A DNA stretch of 64,000 bases from Nemertoderma westbladi (GCA_032718475.1 JAUCBJ010000137.1:38805-102804), one strand, 5' to 3'; positions 46,398 to 60,095 are shown, counted from the stretch's first letter. Numbers and translations: made by a program. Notes: generated by a model not told the origin, from the letters alone.

Positions 46398-47485
46398 TGG
46401 TAGGGGTTGGTCCCAAGTCGTAACACCTTAACCGTAGTAGGGGTTGGTCCCAAGTCGTAACACCTTAACCGTAGTAGGGGTTGGTCCCAAGACGTAACAC
46501 CTTAACCGCAGTAGGGGTTTGTCCCAAGTCGTAACACTTTAACCGTATGCTTTATTTGGGTGGAGTAAGGCATTGGTCCCAAGTCGTAGCACCTTAACCT
46601 TAGTAGGGGTTGGTCCCAAGTCGTAGCACCTTAACCGTATGCTTTATATGGGTGGACTAAGGCATTGGTCCCAAGTCGTAACACCTTAACCGTATGCGTT
46701 ATGTGGGTGGAGTAAGGCATTGATCCCAAGTCGTGGCACCTTCACCGTAGTAGGGGTTGGTCCCAAGTCGTAGCACCTTAACCGTATGCTTTATGTGGGT
46801 GGAGTAAGGCATTGGTCCCAAGTCGTAACACCTTAACCGTAGTAGGGGTTGGTCCCAAGTCGTAACACCTTAACCGTATGCTTTATGTGGGTGGAGTAAG
46901 GCATTGGTCCCAAGTCGTAGCACCTTAACCGTAATATAAGTGGGTGGAGTAAGGCATTGGTCCCAAGTCGTAGCACCTTATCCGTAATAGGGGTTGGTCC
47001 CAAGTCGTAACACCTTAACCGTATGCTTTATGTGGGTGGAGTAAGGCATTCGTCCCAAGTCGTAACACCTTAACCGTAGTAGGGGTTGGTCCCAAGTCGT
47101 AACACCTTAAACGTAGTAGGGGTTGGTCCCAAGTCGTAACACCTTAACTGTAGTAGGGGTTGGTCCCAAGTCGTAGCACCTTATCCGTAATAGGGGTTGG
47201 TCCCAAGTCGTAACACCTTAACCGTATGCTTTATGTGGGTGGAGTAAGGCATTCGTCCCAAGTCGTAACACCTTAACCGTAGTAGGGGTTGGTCCCAAGT
47301 CGTAACACCTTAAACGTAGTAGGGGTTGGTCCCAAGTCGTAACACCTTAACTGTAGTAGGGGTTGGTCCCAAGTCGTAACACCTTAACCGTTGTAGGGGT
47401 TGGTCCCAAGTCATAACACCTTAACCATATGCTTTATGTGGGTGGAGTAAGGCATTGGTCCCAAGTCGCACCGGTAGCACCTTAA
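46398..47485 (+). repeat. Compound minisatellite of 37-bp and 55-bp units sharing a ~27-bp core
   Basis: Core TGGTCCCAAGTCGTAACACCTTAACCGTA followed by either GTAGGGGT or TGCTTTATGTGGGTGGAGTAAGGCAT. Confidence 0.95.
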
Positions 47486-48688
47486 TGTTCTGTGTAAAGG
47501 CTTATTATAAAAGTATGTGGACATTTTTTTTATATAAATTTGAATGTTTGTTAAGTTTGTCTCATTATTCCATGACTATTTATTACTAAATGACGAAATG
47601 GTAGCCTATGCGACGTGCTGTGCTATGCTGTACTATGCTTCACGTGCTGCGCGAAGTGTTTTTTGGCAAGCACTCTAAAATTATTTTAACAGGTTGTTAA
47701 AAGTGGGTAGGGGTTTATTTGAACCAAATTTCATGAAATCCATTGAGAAATCACAAAATGGATAGGGGATAACCAATGGGAAAAGAAAAGGAGATACCAG
47801 TACGTGAAAATCCCCATACCCCATTCCTTTAAAGTTTTTAATTAGTTCAAGTGATTTGCTTTAAGAAATGTGTTTTTAATTGATCTAAACGTAATTAGGT
47901 CATAAAATGCCCCCGTCACTCTATACCTCCTTCATTCCTTGGCATACTAGCTATTGCCTATTAGTTGGAACCAGTCCAATCAACTCATCACTACTACACT
48001 ACTTGGCAACGGGTAATTACATCTAGGACATAGGCAAGGCAGGCACTACTAGTGTAAAGTGACTAATAAGCCAGCTTGCTTATTATTTATCTCGCAAAAT
48101 GATTGCCTTGAGTATTTAATCATATTCTTTAGAATCATTAGCTAATTAATTTCTTTGAGTGGTTGACCTTATAAATTAATATTTCTGGAGTATAAAACTT
48201 GCCTAGCTAATCGAATGACGAATGAATGTAAGGGATTCTTAGAACCATGAATCAGCCATCTGCGTAGCAACTTCCAATAAAACGCTTAACATGCTGCATT
48301 GTTTACAAGAGCTGGCTCGGAGCCAAGAAAATGAAAAATAGCTCCAGTTGGCTGTATTTCAGTGGAACAATCAAATGTATACCAGAATTGAACACGTCGG
48401 GGCGTGTGGATTTTATGAATCTTAACCGCATAGTACGTTGTAGTACAAAAGCTTTAACACTGTATAATACATTATTTCCACACAGCTTATTGGCATGCTA
48501 ATTGACATAATGTGTGGCATATCCTTATAAAATCGTATTATTCTTGTAATCCTATAATAATAATAATATTATTGAATATTATGGAATAATATTTTTTGCT
48601 ACTTCTTGTCAAGAGTTTGTAAATGATTGTATCAGTTGCATTGCAGTTCGTACATCTATGCCTCATTCTTGTATCCCAAGCACTCAAA

Positions 48689-48943
48689 TTGAAATTTAAT
48701 ATAATAAAATTTTATCTGAAATTTAATATAATAATATTTTATCTGAAATTTAATATAATAAAATTTTATCTGAAATTTAATATAATAAAATTTTATCTGA
48801 AATTTAATATAATAAAATTTTATCTGAAATTTAATATAATAAAATTTTATCTGAAATTTAATATAATAAAATTTTATCTGAAATTTAATATAATAAAATT
48901 TTATCTGAAATTTAATATAATAAAATTTGATCTGAAATTTAAT
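48689..48943 (+). repeat. 27-bp minisatellite (~9.5 copies)
   Basis: Unit CTGAAATTTAATATAATAAAATTTTAT. Confidence 0.95.
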
Positions 48944-49169
48944 TAAATATAACGAAAATATCGTGTCGTTTTTAGCAAAAAATACAAGATGAAAAGGCTA
49001 TCCAAATAAAGGATATTATATACAAATATACTTAAAATCATGCCGCCATAAAGTGGTAAATGATCGTTTGTTTTGGTTAGAAATGACCACCTTTGTAGCC
49101 TTCTCATTTCTCGTAATTGTTAAGGTGATATTTTATTGTTTTGCTTAGAAATACCCGTACCTGGAACCT

Positions 49170-52100
49170 GCTCCTTTCCCTCAATTGTCAATTTCGAAGG
49201 CGTATGACATGGTAGTACATTGGAGAGCGAATCTGTTTTTGGTTCCCATGGGAGTGGTGGGAAGCGACTTCGTATCAGAGTTGACCCGTCTCCTAAGATT
49301 GTATGCTGAGGAGTCTCCACAACGATTTGTGCGCTAGCAGCTTTAATGATTATACCGTCATTACTCCTCCAGAAACCGAGTAAGACCTCCACTATGGCAA
49401 CACATAGAAAAATTATAGAACGGAGGGTAGTTGACTGGAAACAAGGGAGATTCGCTGTCTTAGTGGCAGAGGCATGGGCAATACAGGCGCATCTACCCAG
49501 GCGCAAGAACCGCGACTCACAGGATGCAGTGTTACAAAAACAGTTTGTTGAACACATGCTGACGGTAAACTTGACAGCAGCAACAAGATGTCTTGGTGAG
49601 TTTAGTAGAGGTGCGCCTCTTGATCTCAACCAGGCTTTCAGAGATAAAGATGGCACTACCAAGACTGTTCGTGAGGTACTGGTTGAGAAACACCCGGCAG
49701 CTGCACAGGCAGAGATGCCTTGGTCTTGGTCAAGGAGTTTTGTCGAGCCCCTCAATACCATAGTATAGTATTCGAAAAGATAGACAGTGGAGTCATCTTT
49801 TCCAGCTTACTAGCTATGAGGGGGAAGGCAGCGGGGCCCTCTCCGGGCTTGATGTCCAAGGTTAGAAACACCTACAGTATTAACCAAGTTCAGCACCCAC
49901 TCGGTAGATCTATGCCATGAGATAGGAAATCTTGCTAAACAAATGGCACAGGAGGTATTGCACCCAGGAGGTCTATCCCTTCTCTTATCGGTCCGACTAG
50001 TGGCTCTAGATAAGTGTCTAGGGGTGAGGCGAATTGGTATTGGGGAAGTGCTACGATGGGTAGTTGGTATGGCAGTAATGTAGTATATTGGGGATGACTT
50101 ACAGGCGATTGGGGGCGCTACGCAGCTCTCTATGGGGCAGAAGTCTGGCATAGAATATGCTATACATAGCATGAGTGATGTGTTTGCCTCCGAGGAATGC
50201 TATGCGGTCCTTCAAATAGATGTTCGAATGCCTTCAATGCTCTGAACATGGTGGCCACAATACGCAACATCCGGAAAGTTTTCCATCGCTGGAATCCATT
50301 GTTAGAAATTGTAAATCAGAACCTTCCTGCAATATAGACCCTCCTTAAAACCGGAAGAATGAAAGCTAATCTCCTTACCCACGAGGAATGGTGGTCTTGG
50401 AATTCCATTGCCATCCGATCTTCAGTCTTAATACGCCAATTCCCGGCGTATTTGTGAACCCTTCAACAGTGCGGACGTCGACGACATGCCGGAAGACTTA
50501 GAAGCCCAGCGGGTAATTGCGAAAATGATTAAGTGTGAAACTATTGTTACTCTAAAACAGAAAACACACTAAATAACCTGCCAGCACACCAAAATAAGTT
50601 ATCCGAACTTGGTACAGAGAAAGGTGTGTCAGCTTGACTGAATACTAAACTGGTTACCCTACACAGTACTCACCTCTCCAACTGTCCAAGGAAGAGTTCC
50701 GGGATGTGCTGTGTCTCTGGTACGGATGGCAACCCAAATCCCTCCCATCTCGTTGTGCCTGTGGTGTACAATTTTCTGCTACACACGTTCTGTGATGCCC
50801 CACCAGAGATTATCCTTCAATACGACACAATGAAATTAGGGATTTCTTCTTCAAAACTCTCACTGAGGTAGCCCACAACGTAGCAGTAGAGCCGCTACTC
50901 CAACCGCTAACAGGAGAGACTTTCGAACATTGGTCTACAACAACAGACCAGCAGGCGAGGCTTGATATATCGGTATCTGGGTTCTGGGGCAGCTGCTACC
51001 AGAAAACGCACATCGATGTATCAGTTTTCAACCCGCTGACAGATACAAATGCAGCGATGTCATTAGAAGCTGCTCATCAGTACCATGTTGATGCAAGTAT
51101 AAACTTGAATATTTTAGATTACTTATTTTGCTAATTATAAGCTCAAAACACCATTTTTATAGATAAAGTTGGTTGCGTTATAATATTGGTTATCTTTCAG
51201 TCGATTTAAGCATTATCAAAGGTTTGACACCATCTAGTGCCATTATCTGAATATCCAACTTGTATTATTGCCTTATTGGCTATGTTCCTTACTGATTGGC
51301 TGATATATAAGTACGATTAGTTCTGCGGTTTACTCACTCTTCTTTTGTTATTGTTGGACAGAAGAAGTCACATTGCCCATGCAGAGAAACTGATCTCTGG
51401 ACAGGTTTAAATGACTGGTTATTATTACAGGCCTAAGGTCTAAAGTCAAAGTGTTAATAATTGAATTATAATTATTTATCGTTATATTTGATATTCTACT
51501 GATAAACTCAATTTGTTATTGTAATTTGCTTAATATATCACCGATATTACGGAATCAAGGAAGTTTTACACACACCACAACCAGGTAGGTCGCTATAGCT
51601 GAGCGTTAGTGGTAATCTGGACAATTGCATCAAATACATGTGTGCCGTCGTACCTCTAACTTAATAAATAATTAATATATGGCGATATTTCAGACCATAA
51701 TTGTAAGCGAAGCTCTTATTATTAATTACATCACGATTGAGAGTTGTCACAAATTGAATACTGAGGTGAAATCAATATAATTAGACCAGAGACTTGTCAC
51801 AATACGTTTCTTCTAAAGGGAAACACAGTCACCAGACTTGAGTCCTTACAAAATTAATTAGTCAGACATTTGCGTTTATACTATGTTGCCACACCCTCCT
51901 GGTACTGTATACTAGTGAAAGATAATAGATGATCAAATACCATATTAGACTTAGCGAAATATAGAGCAAATCAATACATCGAATGGAGAAAGGGGAGATA
52001 AACAGATATACTAGAGCGGCCTTCGTTGAAGGTACACTAGCGCCATTCCCGCTTGGTGTATCAGACCGGACATTTTGCTTCATTATTGCATGGTTTATTA

Positions 52101-52510
52101 AATGACAGGAAGAAGTCACAATATATTAAAATTGAGATTGAAAGAACATCTTTTTTATCAAATGTGCTAACATACCATGAACGACAGAAGTAGTTGAAGT
52201 ATGAGGACCGTGTCCGAGAAGTCGAGCTATCCACTTTTACACCCATCATCTTCTCGGCCTTCAGGGGAATGGTGCCAATAACCCTGCAGTTTGTAAAACG
52301 TTTATCGTTAAAAATAGCTGACAAGCGCGGGATGGGCTATTCCAATTGCGTTTCATGGACACGGAGGCAGTTAAATTTCTCACTGTTGAGATTTTCCCTA
52401 ATGTGCCTTCGTGGGAACCGCTCTGCTTCGAGGCGTCCAGTCCACCATGCTATAGTGGAGACCTCAATCGTATTATCAAATGCTGATACCTGTAGTGGTA
52501 TCATGACATA
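49170..52510 (+). mobile_element. Degenerate CRE-like non-LTR retrotransposon (RT + restriction-like endonuclease), interrupted by a solo LTR
   Basis: Frame-broken motifs PSLLLQKP, RLVALDK..GVR.IGIGEVLR, NAFN, PTRNGGLGIP, CACG, RHNEIRD, VEPLLQPLTGE, RLDI...DVSVFNP, KYEDRVREVELSTFTPIIFS. Confidence 0.8.
51086..52172. mobile_element. Solo LTR (1087 bp), probably BEL- or Gypsy-type
   Basis: TGTT...AACA termini; TSD TACCA at 51081-51085 and 52173-52177; removal rejoins the CRE reading frame AHQYH-ERQK. Confidence 0.88.
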
Positions 52511-53101
52511 AACAGCCCAACTGCCTAATAAAAGCATCATTGTATTGCATGGTTGCCCAGTGACGGGGTATTTACTGGTACCAAGACATTCTGGCCTACG
52601 TCTGACAGTTCTTTTTAATACTGGTTTTTGCTTGAACTCTGTTGCTTTGGTGAATTTCTGTATTTTGTTACTGATATACTTTCGTTCAATAAAAATCCTA
52701 TTATATTTCCAAAGGTTGAAAGGTAGATGGAAAATAAGAGGACAAAGTTCTACTTTCTCCAATGTAATTATTTCATTTGGGAAAATGTAGAAATTTTTCA
52801 CTATTCTCAGTCATTTTATGTATTGTATTGTAATTATTGTATGTATTATTATGTATTGTATTGTATCTATTGTTATGTATTGTACAGTACGTATTTCACC
52901 AGCGAGTTTAATGAAGGGTCGAAACATTCAAGTTGCAATAGCACAGATGCCTCTGCTCCTGTCTAGGATTATTAAATTAACTTTCATGTTTGGAAAGTTT
53001 TATGAGGTACAGATCATTACAGAAATAGTCACTTCGCAAACTATTACATTATATTGAAGTAGATTAAAACTTTCCACATTGTGCAATAAATATTTTTCTA
53101 T

Positions 53102-53833
53102 CTAAACTACACTTAATAAAACCAACACCAAAACCATCCAAATTAGCGGAATAGCAACGACTGAACTGCTTTTCGTGGTGTGGTCAACCGCTGTTGTTTC
53201 AATGCTTGGCCTGGTTGTAGTTGTTGTTGTACCTAAACCAACTTCCCAGGTGGGTCGGGGACAGACACCAGCACAGCACATCGTCTGACAAGATTCGTAA
53301 GTGATGGATAACCCGAATAGCATATGTTCCCTTAGAGAATTTAACTGACGAAAAGTACGAACCTGATCGTGATCTATGACACTATCCCCAGAGAGGGTGA
53401 TGTCTTGCCGAAATTTTTCCTCGAGGAGTCGGCAACTCTTTTCATCAAGAGCCAAGCAAAACTGTTCTTCCAAGTTACTACTTCCGTTATTAATACATCT
53501 CTCACCAGATAGATCAATCATGATCTCATCACCACTACCTTCATTAAAACCGATACTTCGATATAAAGCTTCACCGCATTCTTCGCAATGATGACGAATT
53601 CCTTTCTCATGCCAAGATGTTGTGAACCCAATGAAGTCAGATACTCCTTGATTGCTGTTTCGCAGATTTTCCAATTTGCCAAGCATCTCTTGTTTTAAAT
53701 CCTTATTAGTAGAAGTAAAATTTACTCTAACTTCGTTATAACATGTTATACTGTAACTAGCGTTAATGTTTACCGCCATGAAAAGAGCACAGATGGACCT
53801 CCTGGTATGACAATAGCCCATTGTTGAATACAT
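53102..53833 (-). CDS. Predicted secreted, Cys-rich, GPI-anchored surface protein (Ly6/uPAR-like termini)
   Basis: Signal-like N-terminus then ITCY; about 10 Cys ending CQTMCCAGVC; Thr-rich stalk; SSS plus hydrophobic C-terminus; single exon. Confidence 0.7.
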   Translation of the reverse strand: MYSTMGYCHTRRSICALFMAVNINASYSITCYNEVRVNFTSTNKDLKQEMLGKLENLRNSNQGVSDFIGFTTSWHEKGIRHHCEECGEALYRSIGFNEGSGDEIMIDLSGERCINNGSSNLEEQFCLALDEKSCRLLEEKFRQDITLSGDSVIDHDQVRTFRQLNSLREHMLFGLSITYESCQTMCCAGVCPRPTWEVGLGTTTTTTRPSIETTAVDHTTKSSSVVAIPLIWMVLVLVLLSVV

Positions 53834-54009
53834 CAACTAGATATGATGCTTACATATGATTTATTTGTCAGACAATTATGTATCTGCTATATTATACACT
53901 TTATAACTAATATAACTATCTAGAACTTAATAGATAAATAAAAAGATTACAGTATTGCATACTAATATCTAACAGTTTTATATTATCAATAATTATAATT
54001 TGTTATAAT

Positions 54010-55390
54010 GTCAACAACACCAACTCCACTCCCACCCAACATCGACCACCTTCTGGCCCGACGACCTACTCAGTGGAGGACGTGCTGAAGCTGCTCCAAA
54101 ACTCCCACGTGAAGCAGCTAAACCTCGCGGACATCCTCTCTGAAGTCCTCTCCAAGACTCATCCTCACAGACAATCCAACCTGCGTCGAGTTGTGGGTCA
54201 AACTCCTTCTGCTCTGCCACCACTGTATTCCAACACTGAAACGAGGAGGCAGGTGGCAAACTTGATCCCTCACGCCCCACATCAACGGATTGATACGAGT
54301 TCCAGGATAGTCCACTAGACACCCCGGAAGACGCCAGAAGACGTGAACTTCGCTGGTGACTACTTAGTTTGTCTGGAGGATTTTCGAATCATGATCAAGG
54401 AGGGAAGAAAGTGCGGACTCACAATAAACCCAGCGAGAAGCAAACAAATATGCCTTGGAGCCAAGTCCAACGAGTCCCGTGAGCACATCCATGCCACATT
54501 TGACAAGGTCTGTGGGGGAATTCAGGTTCTCCCACTAGAGAACCTAACGATGCTCGGTGCTCCCATTGGTGGCACTGCCACCGTATCCTGCCTTTGGGAG
54601 AAGGCAGGGGACTTTGCCATTCTTGCCAACCAGTTGCCCCTCCTTGACTCCCACCATGCGTTCCTTCTCCTCCGCAATTCCTTTGCCATCCCCCAGCTCA
54701 CCTACTTTCTCTGTGCCACTCCGTGTTTCCAACACCCGGAACTCCTGGAGGAATACGGCCAAATCAATGCGACGCCAGCCAGGAGATTGCCAACTCAGTG
54801 ATCATGAACTCGGCTTGGACTCAGGAGAGCCTCCCAGCATGGATGGGTGGCCTCGGGTTGAGCTCCGCATTGCAGCCAGCACCTTCTGCCTATTCGCCCT
54901 CAACTGCTGCGTGCACTGCTCTCTCGGGCCGCCTCCATGAACCATCGGTTCCTCAACCCTCTATTTCCCCACGCCCATGAGGAGTGGAAGGACACCCTCC
55001 CGACCATAACCCAAACTCTAACAGACCCAGACGCAGTGAGACAGCATGCATGGATGAAGCCACTGCATGACGCAAACCACGCAGCTCTTCGGGCCACCAC
55101 CACAACGCAACTGGAGATTGCCCGTCTCAATGTGGTTGATGATCCAGTCTCTAGTTGCTGGCTCGAAGCCATTCCTATCAGTTCGTTGGGACTGAAACTC
55201 ACTGACACCCAGTTCCGAGTTTTAGCTACCACCCATGCCTCAGTTGCAAGGTAACAGAACCATACAGGTGCTCCTGGTGCAGAACCACTAACATACGATC
55301 AGACGGCCTCCATGGTCTGTCATGTCAGAGAAGCGCTGGGAGGATGGCACGTCACTCTATGTTGAACGACATAGTGCGGTGAGCCATTTC
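54010..55390 (+). mobile_element. Degenerate non-LTR retrotransposon fragment (CRE-like RT thumb and zinc knuckle)
   Basis: GLTINPARS, MLGAPIG, AFLLLRNS, GGLG, WLEAIPISSLGLKL, HGLSC...RH..LND spread over several frames. Confidence 0.7.
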
Positions 55391-58300
55391 TCAATTCTTA
55401 GTGGTACATCATTTTTGGTGCACCACAATTAGGGCGTGGCATGTAGGCTTACTTCAAATTTTCAAAATTATGATAATCAGAAAATACCACAAGGTTATCA
55501 TTTCAACACATTTTTATAGGTTATCTGGACCGCTGAGTCCATTGAAAGTAATATTGAAGCCTCAAGTCTTAGTGGTACATCATTATTGGAACACAAAAAT
55601 TAGGGCGTGGTACTTTTTCAAAATTTGAATAAGTGCCACTTGTAAATGGATTCAATTCCATTGCATTATCCACCCGAAAATGGGACCAGTGGTATTTTAC
55701 CAATATAGTTGGCGATACGAGATTACCAATAATAATCTCGCCTCATAACCAACTTTGGGGGGGGGGGGGGGGGGGGCGACACAAGCCCTAAAGCCACAGA
55801 GAGAGGTGAGAGGTCAAACCACCTCGGAGGGAGAACATAGCTAGTAAAGGCTAGCGGCGGGGGGAAACACTCACAGGGAGTGCCAAAGTGACAATTAGTA
55901 TATAAGCCAATAGCAGGCAGGGAAGCACGTGAACAGAGATAGGAAAGCATCCACTGGGTACAGAAGGCCATGTAGAGTAAGAGGTGAAACCAATATCTGT
56001 GTGTATCAATCATATAATTATTCTGTATTACTGATTTACCGGTCAGTTCATTAATCACAGAGTTGCAGACCGGTCATAGTTTTCGACCGTCACCAAGTGA
56101 TCATATATTATTCTATCTGCTGTTATTCTGTATTGTGATATCAATTACATACTAATTCTGTGCTATTATAATTTGGCTATTATAATTATAAATTATAATT
56201 ATAATTTAACATTGAGAGACACAAACTCTGTTATTTTCCCCAACGGCCTTCGGCCAAAAGGACAGTAGCTCAGCAGCCCCAGCAGAACGGTGACGCATAC
56301 TAAAGCTTACCCGGTTGGGATCTACGATCCCGTCACACCACTCCCTAACTTTGGTGCACCAAAAATGCCGAAGCCCGAAGTCTTCAGGCTTCTATAATAC
56401 TTTCAATTGATTCAGCGGTCCAGAAAACCTGTAAATGTGCGTTGAAATCTGAACTTTGGTTTATTTTCCGAATCTCGTATTTTCAATATTTGAAGTGCCA
56501 CACCCTAATTTTGGTGTGCCAAAAAGGACAATCCACTAAGTCTTCAGGCTTCGATAATATTTTCAATCGATTCAGCGGTCCAGAAAACCTATAAAAACGC
56601 GTTGAAATCAAAAGATGGGGGCATTTTCCGAATATCATATTTTTCAAAATTTGTAGTGCCACGCCCACTTCTAAGGTGCACGAAAAATAGCATCCAGTTA
56701 AAATTTCGGAAATGGAATATAATCACCTACTAATGCTACCCAACAATGCCACACTATCCGTTTTTAGAATATCAAAAAGAATGTATATTTTGTCTTGGGA
56801 CTACTTCTATTTTTCATGAAAATTATTATACCCACCTTATAAAATTTTCATTTTTTTGGATTTGAGAATGTTCTTCGATAATTTTTTCACCTACAGCCTA
56901 AATGTCGTAGGATTTTATTGGATGATTACCAAATTACAGTGGGGGGGGGGGGGCGAATCGACCCTCCGCCAGTGCTGCTAATGGTCTAAACACCCCAGTG
57001 GTAATAGGGTTAACGTTTCGAAATCTGTTTAAAATCAATACAAAACATGACTGAAAGATAGCCCATTAAAATGAGAACTCATATTAAACAAGAGTAAACA
57101 GATTGGAAGATATGAGCGTATTAGACAAAAACATGTCAAAAGTCCCTACCCTTCCCTACAATAATAACACCAAATCAAGCGGCTTGGCTCGGGGTCTGTC
57201 GGTCCTCCACAGATCCACTGTTACCATCGCACCCTGAGTCCTTTTCAGGCTCATTGTACACCAGGCAGCAAACAGCTTGGGCCGTCCATAGTCTGGTCTG
57301 AAGTCTTTCGACCCTATGCATGTCCACTCGCCCCTCAAAATCCTTTCGGGATTGGTCCTCAGGCAAGCCAAGTGGCTTGGGTCAGGGACTGTTGGGCGTC
57401 CGTAAATCCGCTGTTACCAGCACACCACGAGTCCTTTTTCAGGCTCAGTGTATGTCAGGCAGTGGACTACTCACTCATGCTGCCCAGAGTCCAGTTATCG
57501 CCCCTTAGGTATAAAATCCGACACAATTTGTTGTCAGCTAATCCGAAAAAGCCCGTATTTTCGGCGGCTAAAGGTTGGTTAAAGGTTAAGGTGGCGGCAA
57601 CTTTTTAGTTTGGGGTTCTCGGGACTTATTAGACTTTTCATATTAGTAGAGTTTATTAAATCAATATGCACCCAGGTCCCAAATTGAAAATAACGTGAAC
57701 AGTTTTTGCAAAAGTTAAAATATTAAACTACAATTATTCTGTAAATTTAATAAGTTCATAAGAAATAAAGTATACTGGTTTAATATATGATAATAATGCA
57801 TACGCATGCATATTACTGTATATGTAAACTTGGCTAAATAATGTTAAAGTACGAGCTGCCGTATATCATTGTGAACTACAGAGTACATTTCATAAGTCTT
57901 ATTGATGTAAATTTTTATGTTACATAGGAGGAACCAACGTTATGGCATTCCATTGTAAATTACAACATTGATTTACTTTTCCCAACTTAACTCAAACACT
58001 TCTACGAATAGGAGTATAAGGCATCTGTCGTATGTTGTTTTCTCACAACATGTCGTCTCAATTTATGTTGTATTGTACAATCTTAAGAATTAAATTGCAT
58101 TGAAGACAATAACTTGCACCTTAAGTTTAATTGATGCATATCTCAGAAAGGTAGATTTAATCATGTTAAAATATTATATTCCTATAAAAAACATACGCAT
58201 TACTTTAATAAAAACCTGTTATCAGAAATTTGGACCACAAATGAAGGTACTGACAAAACACCTGTAAGACATGGAAGGCGCCCCACTAACTACTGTAACT

Positions 58301-58416
58301 ACATACAGTACAGTAGGTTGAAGTTACAAAATTGTACAGTAGGCCTAACATTGTGGCAAGGGATCCTTTTGTAAAACTTGTTCCAAAAGTGCCTGCCTGA
58401 TAGGTTCAGCCCCGCC

Positions 58417-58974
58417 GGAGTTAGGACAATTGCGACCCAAAAAAAATATTAAATAAAATTATCCAAATTAAACAAGAGTAAAAGCAATTTAAGGCATCAA
58501 CAATGTTAACAATATTCGCACAGTAGACGATGCTAATTTTTAGAGCAACAGTTAAATAATTAATTTAATTAATTGTAAGCATTCCAGAATTATTTAATTG
58601 GGAATAACATCCACATCCAACATCTCCTTATGCTAAGATGTAGCTTCAGTAAATTAAATATAGCTGCAGTAATTAGAGTTTAATTAAATAGTACATTTAA
58701 TATAAAATCATTGCAGAATAATTTATCATAGAGAATAATGTGTGGTCAACATCTCCTTACATACATATGTTAAAGTATTACTAGCAATCAAATTGAGTAT
58801 AATTATATAAATGTACAGTATCCGGACAATTGCGACCCGGACAATTGTGACACAAAAAATTTAGCTAAAATCATGGGTCGCAATTGTCGTCAGGGTCGCA
58901 ATTGTCCGGGTCGCTTTTTTCATGGTCGAAATTTTCCGGGTCTCAATTGTCCGGGTCTCCATTGTCCGGACTCC
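58417..58974. mobile_element. Non-autonomous Mutator/MULE-like element with subterminal repeats
   Basis: Imperfect TIR GGAGTTAGGACAATTGCGACCC / GGGTCTCCATTGTCCGGACTCC; repeated GGACAATTGCGACC; 9-bp TSD AGCCCCGCC / AGCCACGCC. Confidence 0.8.
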
Positions 58975-58986
58975 AGCCACGCCAGG

Positions 58987-59520
58987 GTCCATGCTTATTC
59001 ACTCCATGAGGCTGCCAAAGTACAAGATTATGCACTGGTTGGTCCTCACGGCGAAAGCAATGTCCTGCAAAGCGGATGCGATTTTGTTCTAGTGTCAAGC
59101 TTGGGGGAAACAATGAGACACCTCCAATGTTATATAGTGTCTGGTTGGAGATGTGTGCATTGTACTTGACACAATGAACCCGGCGTAGCATTCTTGTGAA
59201 TGTGCCATTCAGAGATTTGGTGTCCTCAGCAGTTAGAGCCCAGCATGGACTCCCATAGAGGAGTACTGGAACTACTGCTGCTCTAAATAATCGGACCTTA
59301 AGTTTCCGATTAATTCTCGGTGACTTCCAAATCCTGGAAAGCCTATTCAAGGCTGCCCATGCCTTTCCCTTACGTATTCGAAGGTCCTCACCTGACTTCC
59401 AGATCCATGATCCCAGGTAACAGAAGTCGTCCACATGCTCAAGCATACCATCTTTTGAGATTATGCTCATCCGATCAGAGACTTGCTGAGGACTTTCAAA
59501 GTTAACTGTCAAAATTTTGG
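58987..59520 (-). mobile_element. RTE-clade LINE fragment (C-terminal RT region)
   Basis: EHVDDFCYLGS...IRKGKAWAALNRLSRIWKS...KVRLFRAAVVPVLLYGSPCWAL...RFAGHCFR. Confidence 0.85.
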
Positions 59521-60083
59521 TCTTTCTGCGCCAGACCCCCTATGGGTGTCTAGCATGGCCTGTGGATATATGGGGTGAAGGATGAACCGGTCGGTAGGCG
59601 GGATGCCTATTCATTCTGGCTTAGAGATAAAGGACTCTGTATCCGACTCCATTCTGTCCAGCTATCTGCCTGTCTGCACTTCCCGCAGTACAGCAGTGCC
59701 GGTACTCGTCGGGCTGTCAGGTACAGATACCATACCTCGCGCTGACGTCTCCCCAGCAACCCGGCCTATCTACCTGGCCGTGTAGTACCAGTATCTAACC
59801 GGTATCTACCAACCGGTATCGCTACGTATTCATTACCCGCCTACCCGGCCTACCTACCTGGCCGGGCGTCCGCCAATACATTGCCCTACCTATATACTGA
59901 CGTACCGGTACACTTTACCTGCTTTGTGTTATATATATACATATATATCTATATATTCTTATCGTTGTGTTGTGTACTGATATGCCCTTGCTTGAATCAT
60001 ATATATCAGTATATAGTAAGCCTATGTAACAGAACTATATATATATCGTTTTATACCGCCTCAGATACACTTCCACTCTGGCG

Positions 60084-60095
60084 TGGTGGCAGCGG
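60084..60095 (+). promoter_or_regulatory. PBS complementary to the tRNA-Leu 3' end
   Basis: TGGTGGCAGCGG just after the Gypsy LTR. Confidence 0.75.

Noticed and set aside
46398-47485. CRISPR-like appearance of the repeat array
   Set aside because: Only two recurring linker types, no unique spacers, no cas genes, eukaryotic context.
55390-57013. DNA-transposon relic with ~180-bp repeats in both orientations and a piggyBac-like end (AATAGGG-TTAA)
   Set aside because: The matching opposite terminus and TSD were not found.
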